From Eledone cirrhosa (Eukaryota): 64,000 nucleotides of DNA. Every line of letters starts with the position of its first letter. The stretch's first letter is position 1. The notes under the pieces were generated by a model, which searched no databases, was not told where the DNA came from, and was given only the letters and a program-made list of their open reading frames with translations. Shown here one piece after another: positions 13,775 to 26,450 of this stretch. The stretch spans positions 105,028,001 through 105,092,000 of the forward strand of contig OZ024745.1 in the NCBI GenBank assembly GCA_964016885.1. The letters are read 5' to 3'. A program made the position numbers and the translations under genes.

Positions 13775-13996
13775 TCTGTTGCCAAAGAAGAAAAAGTTGA
13801 TGGTGGGTATGATAGTTGTAAACCTGATGACATTCGTGATGATGAAGAGCTGATTCGAGTTAGTGCTTTAGTCCAACGTGATACTCTTGTTCGTGGACTT
13901 GGCGTTGCTAACATTGTTTATCGACTGCTTAACATACATCAGAACAATGAAACTACCCCAAGTCAAGAAAAAAATGACAAAAATGTAATCGTTCAA
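13775..13996 (+). CDS. TTLL13: Exon (phase 0/0) of the TTLL6/TTLL13-like gene
   Basis: tttacAG acceptor, CAA|gtaagt donor, 222 nt open: SVAKEEKVDGGYDSCKPDDIRDDEELIRVSALVQRDTLVRGLGVANIVYRLL..., matching the recalled TTLL13 segment PQEIVEEEELERMKALLQRETLIRSLGIV. Confidence 0.88.
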
Positions 13997-15484
13997 GTAA
14001 GTAAGGTTATTATTTGCGTTTTGGCATATATTTCATGTTAATTTGTTCTTGAATGAAAGATCTTTCTTTACACATCTTCTATTATTGAAATTTGGAATTG
14101 GTAAGCTTTATAACCCATTGGATAACAGGAGCTCCCCTGAACAATTTTTTTTTTTCATATGGTGCATTTAGGTTAAACTATAAGAGATCATGCTTCTTTA
14201 AAGATTAGACTTCAATTATTATGCAGCAAGTACTTCTATTATTTATAATCTATTTACAGTTAAGTAGTTAAGTTAAGGTCATTTTTGCTTTTATTTCCAG
14301 CTCTATGTAATGCTAGTGACAGAATATGAACTTCCACCTCTTCACATAGCCCCACTCAACCTATCCATCTTTCTTTCCCCCATTATTCTTACAGTGTGAT
14401 ATCTCCCAGATCCTACAATAAACATTTTATCTAATCCTTCTCTCACAGAAACTGCATCTTTATTGAATCCCTTCCTTGTGCTTTTTTTAATTTTATTCCT
14501 GCAAGCATCAACCTGAAGTAAACATCAATTGCAGTGACCTCACCATTCTGAAATGATCTGTAAAGGTCATTAGGATTTCTTTTCCTACTCTGACTAACTT
14601 ATAAAAATACATTTACCAATTTATGTAACTTTCCATTCCAATTTACTAGGCTGAAATCTTTCATCCACAATTTGCTACACCATTGCCTGCACTAACAGAT
14701 ATTGTAAATGTCTTGATAAAAACAAAATCTATTTGTCCACTTTAATGTGTTGAGTGGTACTGTTTTGGACTTTCAATGCAAAAAGGATAATTGCATTATA
14801 ATGTTTGACAAGTCATTGCTGAAACATTGATTCTAATATCACTACACAGTTGAATAACTAACATTAGCTATGTCTGTAAGCTTACTGTAGACTACCTGCT
14901 TCAACAGTTCATACAGATAATAACATTCTTAAACTTATAAAGACACTTTGACTATGCTACCAAGGGAAAATAAATGTATAGATGTTTTTTAAAACATTTT
15001 ATGACATCTCAAAATGTATTAGACATTAGACTGATTATTATCACATGATTAGTTTCTTTTAGAAACATTTTTTTTTCCTATGAAAAGTCAGGACTTTATT
15101 GTTGATTTTTTTTCTTTTCATAATTGTCAGTGTATTGCTTATACTAATAGAAACACTCACTGCCTTGCAGGTAGTTTTCTTGTTGTTTAAGAAAAAAGAA
15201 AAAAATATATATTTGTGTGTGAGTGTTCATGTGTAATCTCATAATTTTGTATATACAAAGTGAATGACATTGTACCAAGTGTCTTTCTCTAACTAAAAAA
15301 AAAAAAAATTCATAGCTTACAAAATAGAGAAATATGAAAGTGAATAAAAAAATTAGTAAAATAATTTTTAATATGAACTCACCTAAAGTCACCCCTGAAT
15401 CTATGGAAGAGACCCAATTATTTGAACAGTTTCTTACTTAAGTTAAAACCTTCTAGTATAATTTTATATAACCTATTTTGAAGT

Positions 15485-15965
15485 TCTTCTTCGCCCACTT
15501 ATTCCTGAAGGGGTCGTGGGGACAGAGTCCTCAAGCACTCCTTCTAGCAGGTCCAACTGAGCCAGCTGGATCCCCAAGCGAGACCAAGTTTTGCCCATAA
15601 AATCTGTCCAGCAATTCTTTCCTGAGACATTATAACCACATGCCCATAGTATCAGAGCTGTGATATCTCTCTGATCTCCAAGCTATGCACTCTATCAAGT
15701 AACATTACTCCAAAGAGCCATCGGAGGAACCTAATTTCAGCCGCTTGTATTTGCGATTGTATTCTTTTGGTCATTTCCCAAGATTTATAAGGTTTGGCAC
15801 AAATACTGAATTGAAGATATCAAGTTTGGTTTTTATGCCTACCTCCCTTCTTCTGATTACCAAATGCTGAGGCTGGCACATTACTGTACTGGCTCCTGCA
15901 ATTCTTACACTTAATTCAGCCTCCTGCCTTCCATCACTTGTGAACTCAGCCCCGGGATACTTGAA
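15485..15965 (-). mobile_element. RTE-clade LINE 3' fragment (Rex3/Expander-like family)
   Basis: KFKYPGAEFTSDGRQEAELSVRIAGAS...KTKLDIFNSVFVP; nucleotide homology to 57540-57910. Confidence 0.75.
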
Positions 15966-16418
15966 CTTTTTTAAAGTTATTTTACAAATATTAGCATAAA
16001 ATGAAATATAATAAATAATTTTGGTAAATACCTTGAAATGCGTCATTATTGAAGTACAGTGTATTTTATTATGTGGTCTTATTAAACATTTATATGTAAA
16101 ATCAGAAGCTGTAAAATTGGAAAATGTGACAATATAACAATTTGTTCTTCTTGCTTTATTTGAATAAATATTTCCTTCATTTCTTTAAGATTATAATTGC
16201 TTGCACAATATTGTCATGTCAGCAAAAAAACCAACAGTTGCATGATAGTGTTCAAAATGACAAATAAAAACAAAAATTTTATTCAAATATATCAAAATTA
16301 GAATTTTGAATATGTTACTATAATTTTAGATTGATCCAAAAGGGATTTTAGAGTTTTGGTTTCATATATAGATATACTTAGTTTATGATCATTATAGATA
16401 AGGTTCTTTATATTTCAG

Positions 16419-16682
16419 GTAAAATCACAGATACCTACCATAATATGCAACAACCTTTCAGGCAATATGCTTCAAAATCATAACTGTCTATATAATCGTT
16501 CTGGTGAAATGCATCATGCTTCTGGTGCCATGTATTCTGGAACAACAAACACATTTAACAATAACTCTGGAAATACTTATTCCACAACCAACTACATGCC
16601 AATTGAAGAACAACATGTTACTTGCCCACCGAAACAGAGGCAAAATTATTTCAACATGTTCAGCACAGCAAATAGAATAGTG
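16419..16682 (+). CDS. TTLL13: Probable exon (phase 0/0), Asn/Ser/Thr-rich C-terminal tail of the TTLL6/13-like gene
   Basis: tatttcAG acceptor, GTG|gtaggt donor, 264 nt open in the phase left by the previous exon (VKSQIPTIICNNLSGNMLQNHN...STANRIV). No family motif, so support is splice signals and frame only. Confidence 0.65.
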
Positions 16683-17229
16683 GTAGGTATATTTGATATA
16701 TTGATCATCTTAATTCTCTCGTGGACACTGATTGTTGACCCAGATATACTATAAACTAGTTGGTTTCCAGCATATGTGGCACTTTCAATCTTCCATAAAA
16801 TCCTAGTTTCTCAAATTTTTTGTTGTCAGAAGAACCTGATAGACAGAATTAAATAGAAATTATAGTGAAAGAGAAATATACTTCAATATGTCTCTTTGTG
16901 TTATCATTTGCAGTCCTGTTTTACACTTTATTGAAGTTTATTGGGTTTTCATCTTCACTGCTCTGACATGTTTTCAGTGATTACCTCTTTCTAGTCTGTA
17001 CTCAATTCTCAACCTAAAGACAACTCAAAAAAGCATTTAAATATAAGTTTGAATGCAGGGGCAAAGGAGAGGAGTTCCCTCTAGATCTTGTTAAGGAGGA
17101 ACAAAATCTGCATATGGTTTAAATTTCCAATATTCAAGTGGCTAAAAGGTGTCAGATAAAGAGCACCCAAAAATCATGATTTGGATGTGGCCCAAACCCC
17201 TTAGAGTGTAAGCAATTAAGGACTGAAAC

Positions 17230-17700
17230 ACTTGCATGAGGAAGATTTCTACTCTGATGACCCTCTGTTGTCCAGCTCCACCAAACATTTCTTATCACCA
17301 TTTTTACACAGGTTCCAGCCCCTGGGATTGCTCTGCATTTCTATATATAGCTGTTATCTTCTATATGTATCACATGTCCATACCAGTGTAGTCTTCTCTC
17401 TTGCACACTACATCCAATACCTCTTATGCCAAGTTTTCCTCTCAGTTCACTTAAGCTATGTTGTTTGTGTGCACTAACATTACACATCCATTGAAGCAGA
17501 CTTGTTTTATCTCTTTCGCACCTTTGCAGGTCTTCTGTTGTTAAAGCCCATGTATCACTATGTAACCTTGCAGTTCACAGGCAGGCATTATACTGTCTAC
17601 CTTTCACTCTGAGTGAGAAGACCTTTGTTGTCAGCAGAGATATCAACTCTCTAAACTTCTTCCAGCCTGTTATCAGACCTTCAGTGCATCCTTCCACTAG
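17230..17700 (-). mobile_element. Degenerate RTE LINE fragment
   Basis: GWKKFRELISLLTTKVFSLRVKGRQYNAC matches the RTE ORF C-terminal region of 31509-31769. Confidence 0.75.
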
Positions 17701-17888
17701 AGGTAGACCAAAGAATACCTGGGCAGTGGTGGTGAGAGTTGATATCAAATCACTGAGATTCACAAAGGAGATGATGAAGGAACATGACAACTAGAGAGAT
17801 GATGTACTGGAAAGGACTCCATGTAAGCAAGGAAAAAAACAGACATGAAAATGATGATGATGATGGTGATGATATATATATATATATA

Positions 17889-18150
17889 TCATCATCATCG
17901 TTTAACGTCCATCTTCCACACTAGCATGGGTTGGACGGTTTTGTTCCACTTGATGTAGGATTGGTCGGGAGACCATGTCTCACTCATACAGAACTGTCCC
18001 TGGCAGGTTTTCTACAGCTGGATTCCCTTCCTAACACTAACCACATTTATAGTGTGGACTGGGAGCCTTTTTACTGTGTTCCTACATGACCACTTTACAG
18101 TGTGGACTTGGTGCTTTTTGTTGTGTCACCAACATGACCACTTTACAGTG
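17889..18150 (-). mobile_element. RTE 3'-tail repeat copy
   Basis: CATCATCATCGTTTAACGTCCATCTTCCACACTAGCATGGG...GCTGGATTCCCTTCCTAACAC. Confidence 0.75.
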
Positions 18151-18309
18151 GATGGAAATGGGAGGATGGGGTGGGGTGTATATTGGGTTAAGAGGTGCCT
18201 ACTGACTGTAGGTTTAAATTTGTATGCAAGGGTAGGAGGCGCCAAAATCTCGATCCAGCGACATTGTCTTAGAGAGGTGTAAGTGAGCAAGGTCAGCTTT
18301 TATTACTGT

Positions 18310-18529
18310 AGTAAAAGTTAGGTGGAAATATCCAAGGGTAAGAGCACTCAGTCCATTGGACGAGTTTAGTATGAATAATTACAAGAGTGACATAAACAGG
18401 GTTCTGGTGCCCAACTCATTCAGCCTGTTATGAGAAAAATAAAAACGTTTTTCTCACGACAGGCTGAATGAGTTGGAGCCCAGAACACAACGAAACTTGA
18501 GTACCTGTTTATGTCACTGTTGTAATTAT
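18310..18529. mobile_element. Fold-back element, probable Penelope-like terminal remnant
   Basis: Inverted arms 18375-18438 and 18449-18529, shared GAGTRCTC-type motif upstream, abutting (TA)n; right arm carries a hammerhead fold. Confidence 0.6.
18459..18508 (+). ncRNA. Minimal type I hammerhead ribozyme-like fold (core with one extra nucleotide)
   Basis: ACAGG-CTGAATGA-GTTG(gagcccagaaca)CAAC-GAAAC-ttga-GTA-CCTGT: stem I ACAGG/CCTGT, stem II GTTG/CAAC, short stem III, GUA triplet. Confidence 0.62.
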
Positions 18530-18540
18530 ATATATATATA

Positions 18541-19235
18541 CTAGCTAAACTACCCGTCCTTTGGATAGTTCATGTAGCTTTCGATGTAGCTCATTAAACT
18601 AAACAAAGTAAATTTGAATACATAGAAGAAAAACGTACTTTATGTTATGTAAACATGAAAACCTTAGGCACTATTCCAGCGAAATAATTAATATGTGAGC
18701 TCGGTGTCATTTTTGACAACAGTAAAAGCGCATCATGAAATAGAGAAGTGAAGTGAATAATAGACACTATTATCTACAAAGCATAATAGCGTAAAAGTTA
18801 TGACATCACTTAATGTATGAACATCAAGCTTGAAGCAATAAATTATACAATGTCAAATCTACAACTTAACTTAGTAATCTGTTAGAAATTGCTGGTTGTG
18901 AAATATACAAAATGATATTGTTAGTCTCAAGGAAGCGTACCTTTTGTTTCAAGTACAAAGAGTAAATTAAAATCCGAATGAGCCGAATTACGAAAGATAA
19001 CTCTTGTCTTACTTAATCACGAAAATTCACACAAATAACCGAAACTTTTTGAATGTCTCCAAAGGCCCCAATATTGATTTTTGAAAGCCTTTGTAGATCA
19101 TGTACAGGTTTTGTGCAAGGAGAAGCTCTGTAAAAAATTTCAAAGAAATCGCATGGATGGTTTAGAATATATGAGCCCTCATTAAAAATTGTCCACACAC
19201 ACATACAGAAAACTTCGTCTTTATATATATACAGA
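18541..19235 (-). mobile_element. Non-autonomous Helitron-like element
   Basis: On the minus strand starts TC(TGTATATATATAAAG) and ends ...GGGTAGTTTAGCTAG, sits between A and T, with a microsatellite near the 5' end. Confidence 0.62.
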
Positions 19236-20114
19236 TATATATATTGTTATATTTGGAGAGGGTCATATTGTTATAATATATTATCACATTGCCAGAAATA
19301 ATAATAAGACACACTCACTGTTTCGTTTATATATATATAATGTACACACACACATAATCATTATATTTAATGTCTATTACTGTCCTTTTCTTTTTACTGT
19401 CAGTTGACACAGGTTTTTATGGTTCTTGGCATAAATCGATAAATTAATTACCATGCCATCCTCCACAAGTCAATTACTTAAGCACCTGTCCTTAGCAGTC
19501 AAGGAATCATTAACTAATTATATTTATATTCAATTAATAAACTAATTGTGCTTTTTGGCCACAGTTGGAAGGTTTGTTTATGAACCTTGATGAAGATGTC
19601 TAAGTCGCTATAGCAACAAAGTATTAACCCAATGTTTTCTTTCATTAACTAGACAGGAAGTTCTGTTATTGCATGGGTTGCAGGACTTCATTTTAGATCT
19701 TTTTCCTAGTGTAGGAGATTAAGAAATCTGTATTTATATACAGTGATTAATGTTTAATTCAGATTATTTTATGTTTTATGTTTTTGTTGTTGTTATTTAG
19801 CCTTATATTAAACTGGTCAAGCTGACCAATAATCTAAAGCAATCCATCCATGACCACATCACCTTGCTCTTTATGCTAATCTGGAGCTACAATATCCATG
19901 TGTGTCTTTCATTTTTTTTTTAATGGAAGGATATGGCATTGTGCAGATTTGGTTATTAGTTCTAATATGCGGAATGACTGCATAAAATAGGGGTGAGGAA
20001 TCTTATGACTGTGGATGAAATTTCATCTTCATGAAACTATTTATTGATGAAGTCCCTAAAAACCCATATGAAAAAATATAATACCAAATAAAGGCAATGG
20101 CTGATAGAGTGTCA

Positions 20115-20440
20115 TCGCCAACCACATTTACAGTGTGTGCTGGGTGTTTTTTGTCGTGACTTCTACATGAACACTTTACAGTGTGTGCTGGGTGTTTTTT
20201 GTCGTGACTTCTACATGAACACTTTACAGTGTGTGCTGGGTGCTTTTTGTCGTGACTTCTACATAAACACTTTACAGTTTGGGCTGAGTACTTTTTTGTC
20301 ATGACACCTACATGACCACTTTACAGTGTGGGCTGGGTACTTTTTTGTCATGACACCCACACAATTCCTTTAAAGTGTCGGCTGGGTGCTTTTTTTTGTG
20401 ACACCTAATGACCACTTTACAGTGTGGACTGGGTGCTTAT
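20115..20440 (-). repeat. About 48-bp tandem array (about 7 units) from the RTE 3'-tail repeat
   Basis: Unit CACTTTACAGTGTGTGCTGGGTGTTTTTTGTCGTGACTTCTACATGAA repeated head to tail without unique spacers. Confidence 0.85.
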
Positions 20441-20654
20441 ATTCTGCATACTCCTCAGGGAAAAGCCAGCCCTTTGAATTACTGCTAGAGTCCATCTGAC
20501 AGGCTTCCAAACAGTTTCTGCTTACCCAATTTTACTTACAAAGTATGGGTTGACTTGAAAGTGCAGTTAATGGCAATTGCCCAAAATGTCATGGAATGGG
20601 ATTGAACCTGGTACTTAATGATTGTGAAGTAAACTCCTTAACCATTCAGCCTTG

Positions 20655-20850
20655 TTATGTCTTAACACACACATACACACACATATACATTCACACACAC
20701 ATACACACATACATTCACACACATATATACACATACACACACATATATACACATACACACGCACATATGTACATTCACACACACATACACACATACATAC
20801 ACACACATACAAACACATATATACACATACACACACACTCACATACATCT
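20655..20850. repeat. (CA)n/(CATA)n microsatellite
   Basis: Visible. Confidence 0.9.
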
Positions 20851-21594
20851 TTTCATTTGTTGTCATTGTTGTTGTTGCAGTTGTTGCTGTTGTTTTGTTT
20901 CGGTTAAATCTAATTTTTTTTTTTTATTATTTTCGCCAATTTAAGAAAGTGAAAATCACAACATAGTTCCAATCCAAAGAATTAGTAAAAGAGGGAATGA
21001 AACATTACCTGGCAGTGATAGGTAATAGTATGTATATATGGTCCTGGAACTCCTGGGGGAGTCGTAGGTGTGCCGTATATTAAGATACAGCGTTTCGTGG
21101 ACATTTTAAGCCTGGCGGAGCCGAACCCTCTCCAGGCCTTAGTACAGCAAATTTCTCCCAAAGAGAGAAAGAATCAACTCCAGTACTAGACTAGTACTTT
21201 TTTTTGTCAACCTCGAAAGGATGCAAGGCAAAGTTGACCTCGGTGGGATTTGAACTCAGAAAGCAGAGAGCCAGAATGAATACAATAAAGCATTCTATCA
21301 GACATTCTAACGACTCTTTAACCAATTCTCCATCTAGGTGATAGTAGAAAAGTCTAAATTCTCTTCTCATTGCTATTTCTAGATTTATTTCCAGTAACTA
21401 ATGGAATAGCACCATTATTTTACCAAGTCTTTGAAATTATTCCTGTGATTTTCTGTCTCGTTTTTATGTTTGTATTTATATTTTCTTTATATCTTACAAT
21501 TTGACTTTTCATATTTTCCTTGTTTTCAATTATAGTATTTAAGAAGTTGGTTAATATCAAAACATTCTCCATTATCAAAACATTCTGCTCTCAC

Positions 21595-23550
21595 TGTTAC
21601 AACTAGCAATACCACCACCACAACCACTGCCACCACCACTACCAACATCACCACTGACATCGTCACCATTACCACTGCAACAACCACCAACACCACCACA
21701 GCAACCATCACCAACACCACCACCACAACCACAACCACCAACATTAACATCACCAGTGACACCATCACCATTACCAACGCCATCACCTCAACCACAACCA
21801 CCACCACTAACAACATCACCACTGATATCATCACCATTAGCAAAACCACCACAATCACCGCCACCACAACAACCCTCACCAACATCACTAACACCACCAC
21901 AACCACCACCACTACCACCACAACAACCCTCACCAACCATCACCAACATCACTAACACCACCACAACCACCACAATCACCACAACCACAATTACCACCAC
22001 CACCACTACCAACATCATAAATGAGACCATCACCACCACAAAAATCATCAACAACACCACCACAACCACCACAACCACCACAACCACTACCAACACCACT
22101 CCAACTACCACCACCACCACTACCAACATCACAAATGAGACGATCACCACCACAACAATCATCACCAACACCACCACGAGCACCATCACCACTACAACAA
22201 CCATTACCATCATCACTACAACAACCACCACCAATACCACCACTACCAACATCCCCACTACCATGACCACTAACTAACATCACCATTGACACCATCACCA
22301 TCACCACCACAACAACCACCACGCCCACCATCACAACCACCACGACCACCATCACAACCATCACAACCACCAACATCACCACTGATACCATCACCACCAC
22401 ACCACCGTCACCATCACCACTACCACCATCACCAACACCACCATCACAAACATAACTACCACCACCACCACCACTACTACTAGCGCCACCAACCCCACCA
22501 CCAACACCACTACTACCGCCACCACCACCATCACCACCACCGTCGCCAACACCACTACCACCATCACCAACACCACCATCACAAACATAACTACCACCAC
22601 CACCACCACTACTACTAGCGCCACCAACCCCACCACCAACACCACTACTACCGCCACCACCACCATCACCACCACCGTCGCCAACACCACTACCACCATC
22701 ACCAACACCACCATCACAAACATAACTACCACCACCACCACCACTACTACTAGCGCCACCAACCCCACCACCAACACCACTACTACCGCCACCACCACCA
22801 TCACCACCACCGTCGCCAACACCACTACCACCATCACCAACACCACCATCACAAACATAACTACCACTACCACCACCACTGCTACTAGCACCACCAACCC
22901 CACCACCAACACCACTACTACCGCCACCACCACCACCACCACCACCGTCACCAACACCACTACCACCATCACCAACACCACCATCACAAACATAACTACC
23001 ACTACCACCACCACTGCTACTAGCACCACCAACACCACTACTACCGCCACCACCACCACCACCGTCACCAACACCACTACCACCATCACCAATACCACCA
23101 TCACAAACATAACTACCACTACCACCACCACTGCTACTAGCACCACCAACCCTACCACCACCACCACCACCACCACCGTCATCAACACCACTACCACCAT
23201 CACCAACACCACCATCACAAACATAACTACCACCACCACCACCACTGCTACTAGCACCACCAACACCACTACTACCGCCACCACCACCACCACCGTCACC
23301 AACACCACTACCACCACCATCACAAACATAACTACCACTACTACCACCACTGCTACTAGCACCACCAACCCCACCACCAACACCACTACTACCGCCACCA
23401 CCACCACCACCGTCACCACAACAACACCCACCAACACCACCACCACCACCATCACCACCACCACCACTGCTGCCACCATCACCAACACCACTACCATCAC
23501 CACTACCGACATCAGCACAACCATCACCACCACCACCACCAACATCAACT
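21595..23550. repeat. About 2-kb degenerate (ACC)n array with 105-135 bp higher-order units
   Basis: Landmark CACAAACATAAC recurs at 22445, 22580, 22715, 22850, 22985, 23102, 23216, 23321. Confidence 0.9.
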
Positions 23551-23608
23551 TCATTATGTTTGTCATCATATTGATTATTATGTTAACTATAATATCACAA
23601 GACTGGCA

Positions 23609-23609
<1 letters not shown>

Positions 23610-23647
<38 letters not shown>

Positions 23648-23930
23648 CACACACATACACACATACACATACACTTCCACACTTACACACACACATACAC
23701 ACACACAAACACCCACACACATACACATACACACACATGCACTTACACACGCATACACTTGCACACATGTACGCACACGCACACACACACACACACACAT
23801 GCACACATGTACGCACACACACCCTCACACACATGCACACACACACACAAACACACACTCACATACACTTACAGATGTACACACACCACACAAACAAACA
23901 CACACTCAAACACACACACACACACACACC
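23610..23930. repeat. (CA)n microsatellite
   Basis: Visible. Confidence 0.9.
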
Positions 23931-24102
23931 AGTCCTACACAGTCATTCATGTAACCTGTCAGTGTTTGTGTTTTACCAAAAGCCATAAGCCCACCCTAGC
24001 TATACATTTTTCATTGCTCCCTAGCACTCCCCAAACATACTAGTGTCACCACAAATACCGCTATGGCTGTCATTGCTGTCATCATTATCATCATCATCAT
24101 CA

Positions 24103-24500
24103 AGGGCGGTGGATTGGCAGTATCGGTAGGAGGGTCGGGCCCCATGCTTTGAAGCACAGAGTTACCTCCCTTTACGATCTGAGTTCAAATCCCGCCGAGG
24201 TTGACTTTGCCTTTCATCCCTACGGGGTCGATGGAATAAAGTACCAGTAATGCACTGGGTAATTGCTGGCCTTGTGCCTAACGTAGAAACAATTATCATC
24301 ATCATCATCAAGGGCGGTGGATTGGCAGTATCGGTAGGAGGGTCGGGCGCCATGCTTTGAAGCATAGAGTTACCTCCCTTTATGATCTGAGTTCAAATGC
24401 CGCCGAGGTTAACTTTGCCTTTCACCCTTACAGGATCGATAAAATAAAGTACCAGTAATACACTGGGATGATTGCTGGCCTTGTGCCAAAAGTAGAAACA
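24103..24500 (+). mobile_element. Head-to-tail dimer of tRNA-derived SINE-A (24103-24291, 24311-24500)
   Basis: Each unit has A box TGGCAGTATCGG, B box GAGTTCAAAT(C/G)CC, core GCCTTTCATCC..GGGTCGATAAAATAAAGTACCAG and end GTAGAAACAATT; units are flanked by ATTATCATC repeats. Confidence 0.85.
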
Positions 24501-24578
24501 ATTATCATCTTCATCATCATCATTGCCAACCATCACTGAACCCATAAGATCTCATGTGTGATACAACTTGTCCAAATG

Positions 24579-24828
24579 GTTAACCCTTTACCATTTACAT
24601 TATTCTATATTTACTATTATATTTTCACAGTAAAAGATTTACCTCACATAATTACCTCACATAATATCGAATCTACGAGATTCTACGAGATTTTACGAGA
24701 TTTTGATGTTATTTATTTTGAGTACAATACCTTAATGTAGGTATGAATAGCCAGTTATGGGCGGTTTGAACTGAAAGAGGTGAGACAGTTCTGGCTGGAT
24801 ATGGCCGGTTTAAATGTTAAAGGTTTAA
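24579..24828 (-). mobile_element. TTAA-flanked piggyBac-like MITE
   Basis: TTAACCCTTTACCATTTAC ... TAAATGTTAAAGGTTTAA; homologous to 36263-36470. Confidence 0.7.
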
Positions 24829-24987
24829 GGGGTTTGCTTCACAACTATTAGATTCAGGGTTCAATCCCACTGCATGCAACTTGAGCAAGTGCCTTTTACC
24901 ATAGCCTTAGGTTGACATATGCCTTGGGAGTGAAGTTGGATAGACAGAAACTATTTGGAAGCCCATCAGATGGGCTGTACCTCTAAA

Positions 24988-25202
24988 TTAACTCTTTAGC
25001 ATTTTCATTACTCCATATATATACTATTTTATTTTCACGGTAAAGGCTTTATCTCACATAAATATCTCACATAATATCGAATCTATGAGATTTTGATGTT
25101 ATTTATCTTAAGAACAATACCTTAACATCAGTATAAGTGGCCAGTTATTGCTGGTTTGGACAGAAAGAGGTCAGAGAATTCTGGCTAGTTTAAAGGGTTA
25201 AA
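24988..25202 (-). mobile_element. TTAA-flanked piggyBac-like MITE
   Basis: TTAACTCTTTAGCATTTTC ... TTTAAAGGGTTAA; same family. Confidence 0.7.
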
Positions 25203-25239
25203 TTATACTGGCTTTGTATCACTATCTGTTCTGGTATTT

Positions 25240-25500
25240 GGATCATCCTTGGTTTCTACAGCTGGATGCCCTTCCAAATGTCAATCAGCTTTACAGTGTG
25301 TGCTGGGTGCTTTTGGATGTGACACATACATGACTACTTTACAGCATGTACTGGGTGCTTTTGGATGTGACACATACATGACCACTTTACAGCATGTACT
25401 GGGCGCTTTTTGTCGTGATGCCAACACGACCACTTTACAGTGTGGGCTGGGCGCTTTTCATCATGTTGCCATCATGACTACTTTACAGTGTAGCCTGGAG
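25240..25500 (-). mobile_element. RTE 3'-tail repeat copy with 48-bp tandem units
   Basis: GCTGGATGCCCTTCC followed by about 5 CTTTACAG...GGG(T/C)GCTTTT units. Confidence 0.72.
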
Positions 25501-25944
25501 GCTTCGCTAGATGTATACTTCAGCTTGTCCTCATGGGTAGTGTATGGGAGTGGGTGAGAAAGGACAGGGTGATGCATGCTATATATATATACTTCAGCTA
25601 CAGTCTGTGCCCGAGGGAATTCAGCTCTTCTATATTACTGCGTAACACCAGAGATCTTATTAATAAAAAAAAGGAACTTTTGATAATGTGCTCTTGGGTT
25701 TACTATCTATAAAAAAAACCCAAACAGTATACTCATGGCTGGAATACTTATAATCATAAGCATGGTAACTCTGGGTTGATGAGTTAAATAACAACAATAA
25801 TTCACTGTAATTCGAGTTAACATTAATCAGTTAAATTGCAGGTGTTGTTACAAGACAAGTTATACAGAAGAGAAAGACTAAAGAAGGAAATTGGTTTTAT
25901 GTCTGACAGAGAAAACTGATTTATATTTTGGAATAATTTGTGTT

Positions 25945-26195
25945 GCATCAACATCATCATCATCATTATTATCATTATCATCACCATCATCATCATCATC
26001 ATCATCATCATTATCATTACCACCATCATCATCACTGACATCATTGTCACCGTCATCACCATCACCATCATCATCATAATCACCATCACCATCATCATCA
26101 TTATCATCATCATTATCATCATCATCATCGTCATCATTGTCATCCTCATCATTGTCATCACCATCACCACCATCACCACCATCATCATCATTATC
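25945..26195. repeat. (CAT)n microsatellite
   Basis: Visible; explains the poly-Ile, poly-Met and poly-Ser ORFs. Confidence 0.92.
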
Positions 26196-26450
26196 GTTTT
26201 TATGTCTGGTTTATCCATACATTTATGGGATTGGAGGAGGAGACATTTTGATGCCAACTCATACTTTATTTTAAGTATGATGTATACCGGTAATTCTTGT
26301 CAAAGCTCTGCACCACAGGGCATATTCTTTATGGGGGACACAAACAATATTGTTGCCTGTGTTTATAAATGGCGTCAATGTGACATTTGCAAGGATTAAT
26401 TTATCAAATTAACTCGCAAGGCATTGTGAACTATAATAGAAAAATTTAGC

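Noticed and set aside
20115-20440. CRISPR-like regular repeats (also 12580-12870 and 25280-25500)
   Set aside because: Units are contiguous with no unique spacers, no cas genes are present, the context is eukaryotic, and the unit belongs to the RTE 3'-tail repeat.
21070-21150. Possible minus-strand hammerhead (CTGGAGA ... GAAACGCTGTA)
   Set aside because: Core deviates and stem I needs a register shift; too degenerate to support.
22391-23818. 475-aa Val-rich ORF on the minus strand
   Set aside because: Translation of (GGT)n and (GT)n repeats; no domain or gene signals.
24103-24200. tRNA genes suggested by A/B boxes in SINE heads
   Set aside because: No cloverleaf, an extended spacer between the boxes, and continuation into SINE body with TSDs.
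25823-26399. Poly-Met, poly-Ile and poly-Ser ORFs
   Set aside because: (CAT)n microsatellite.
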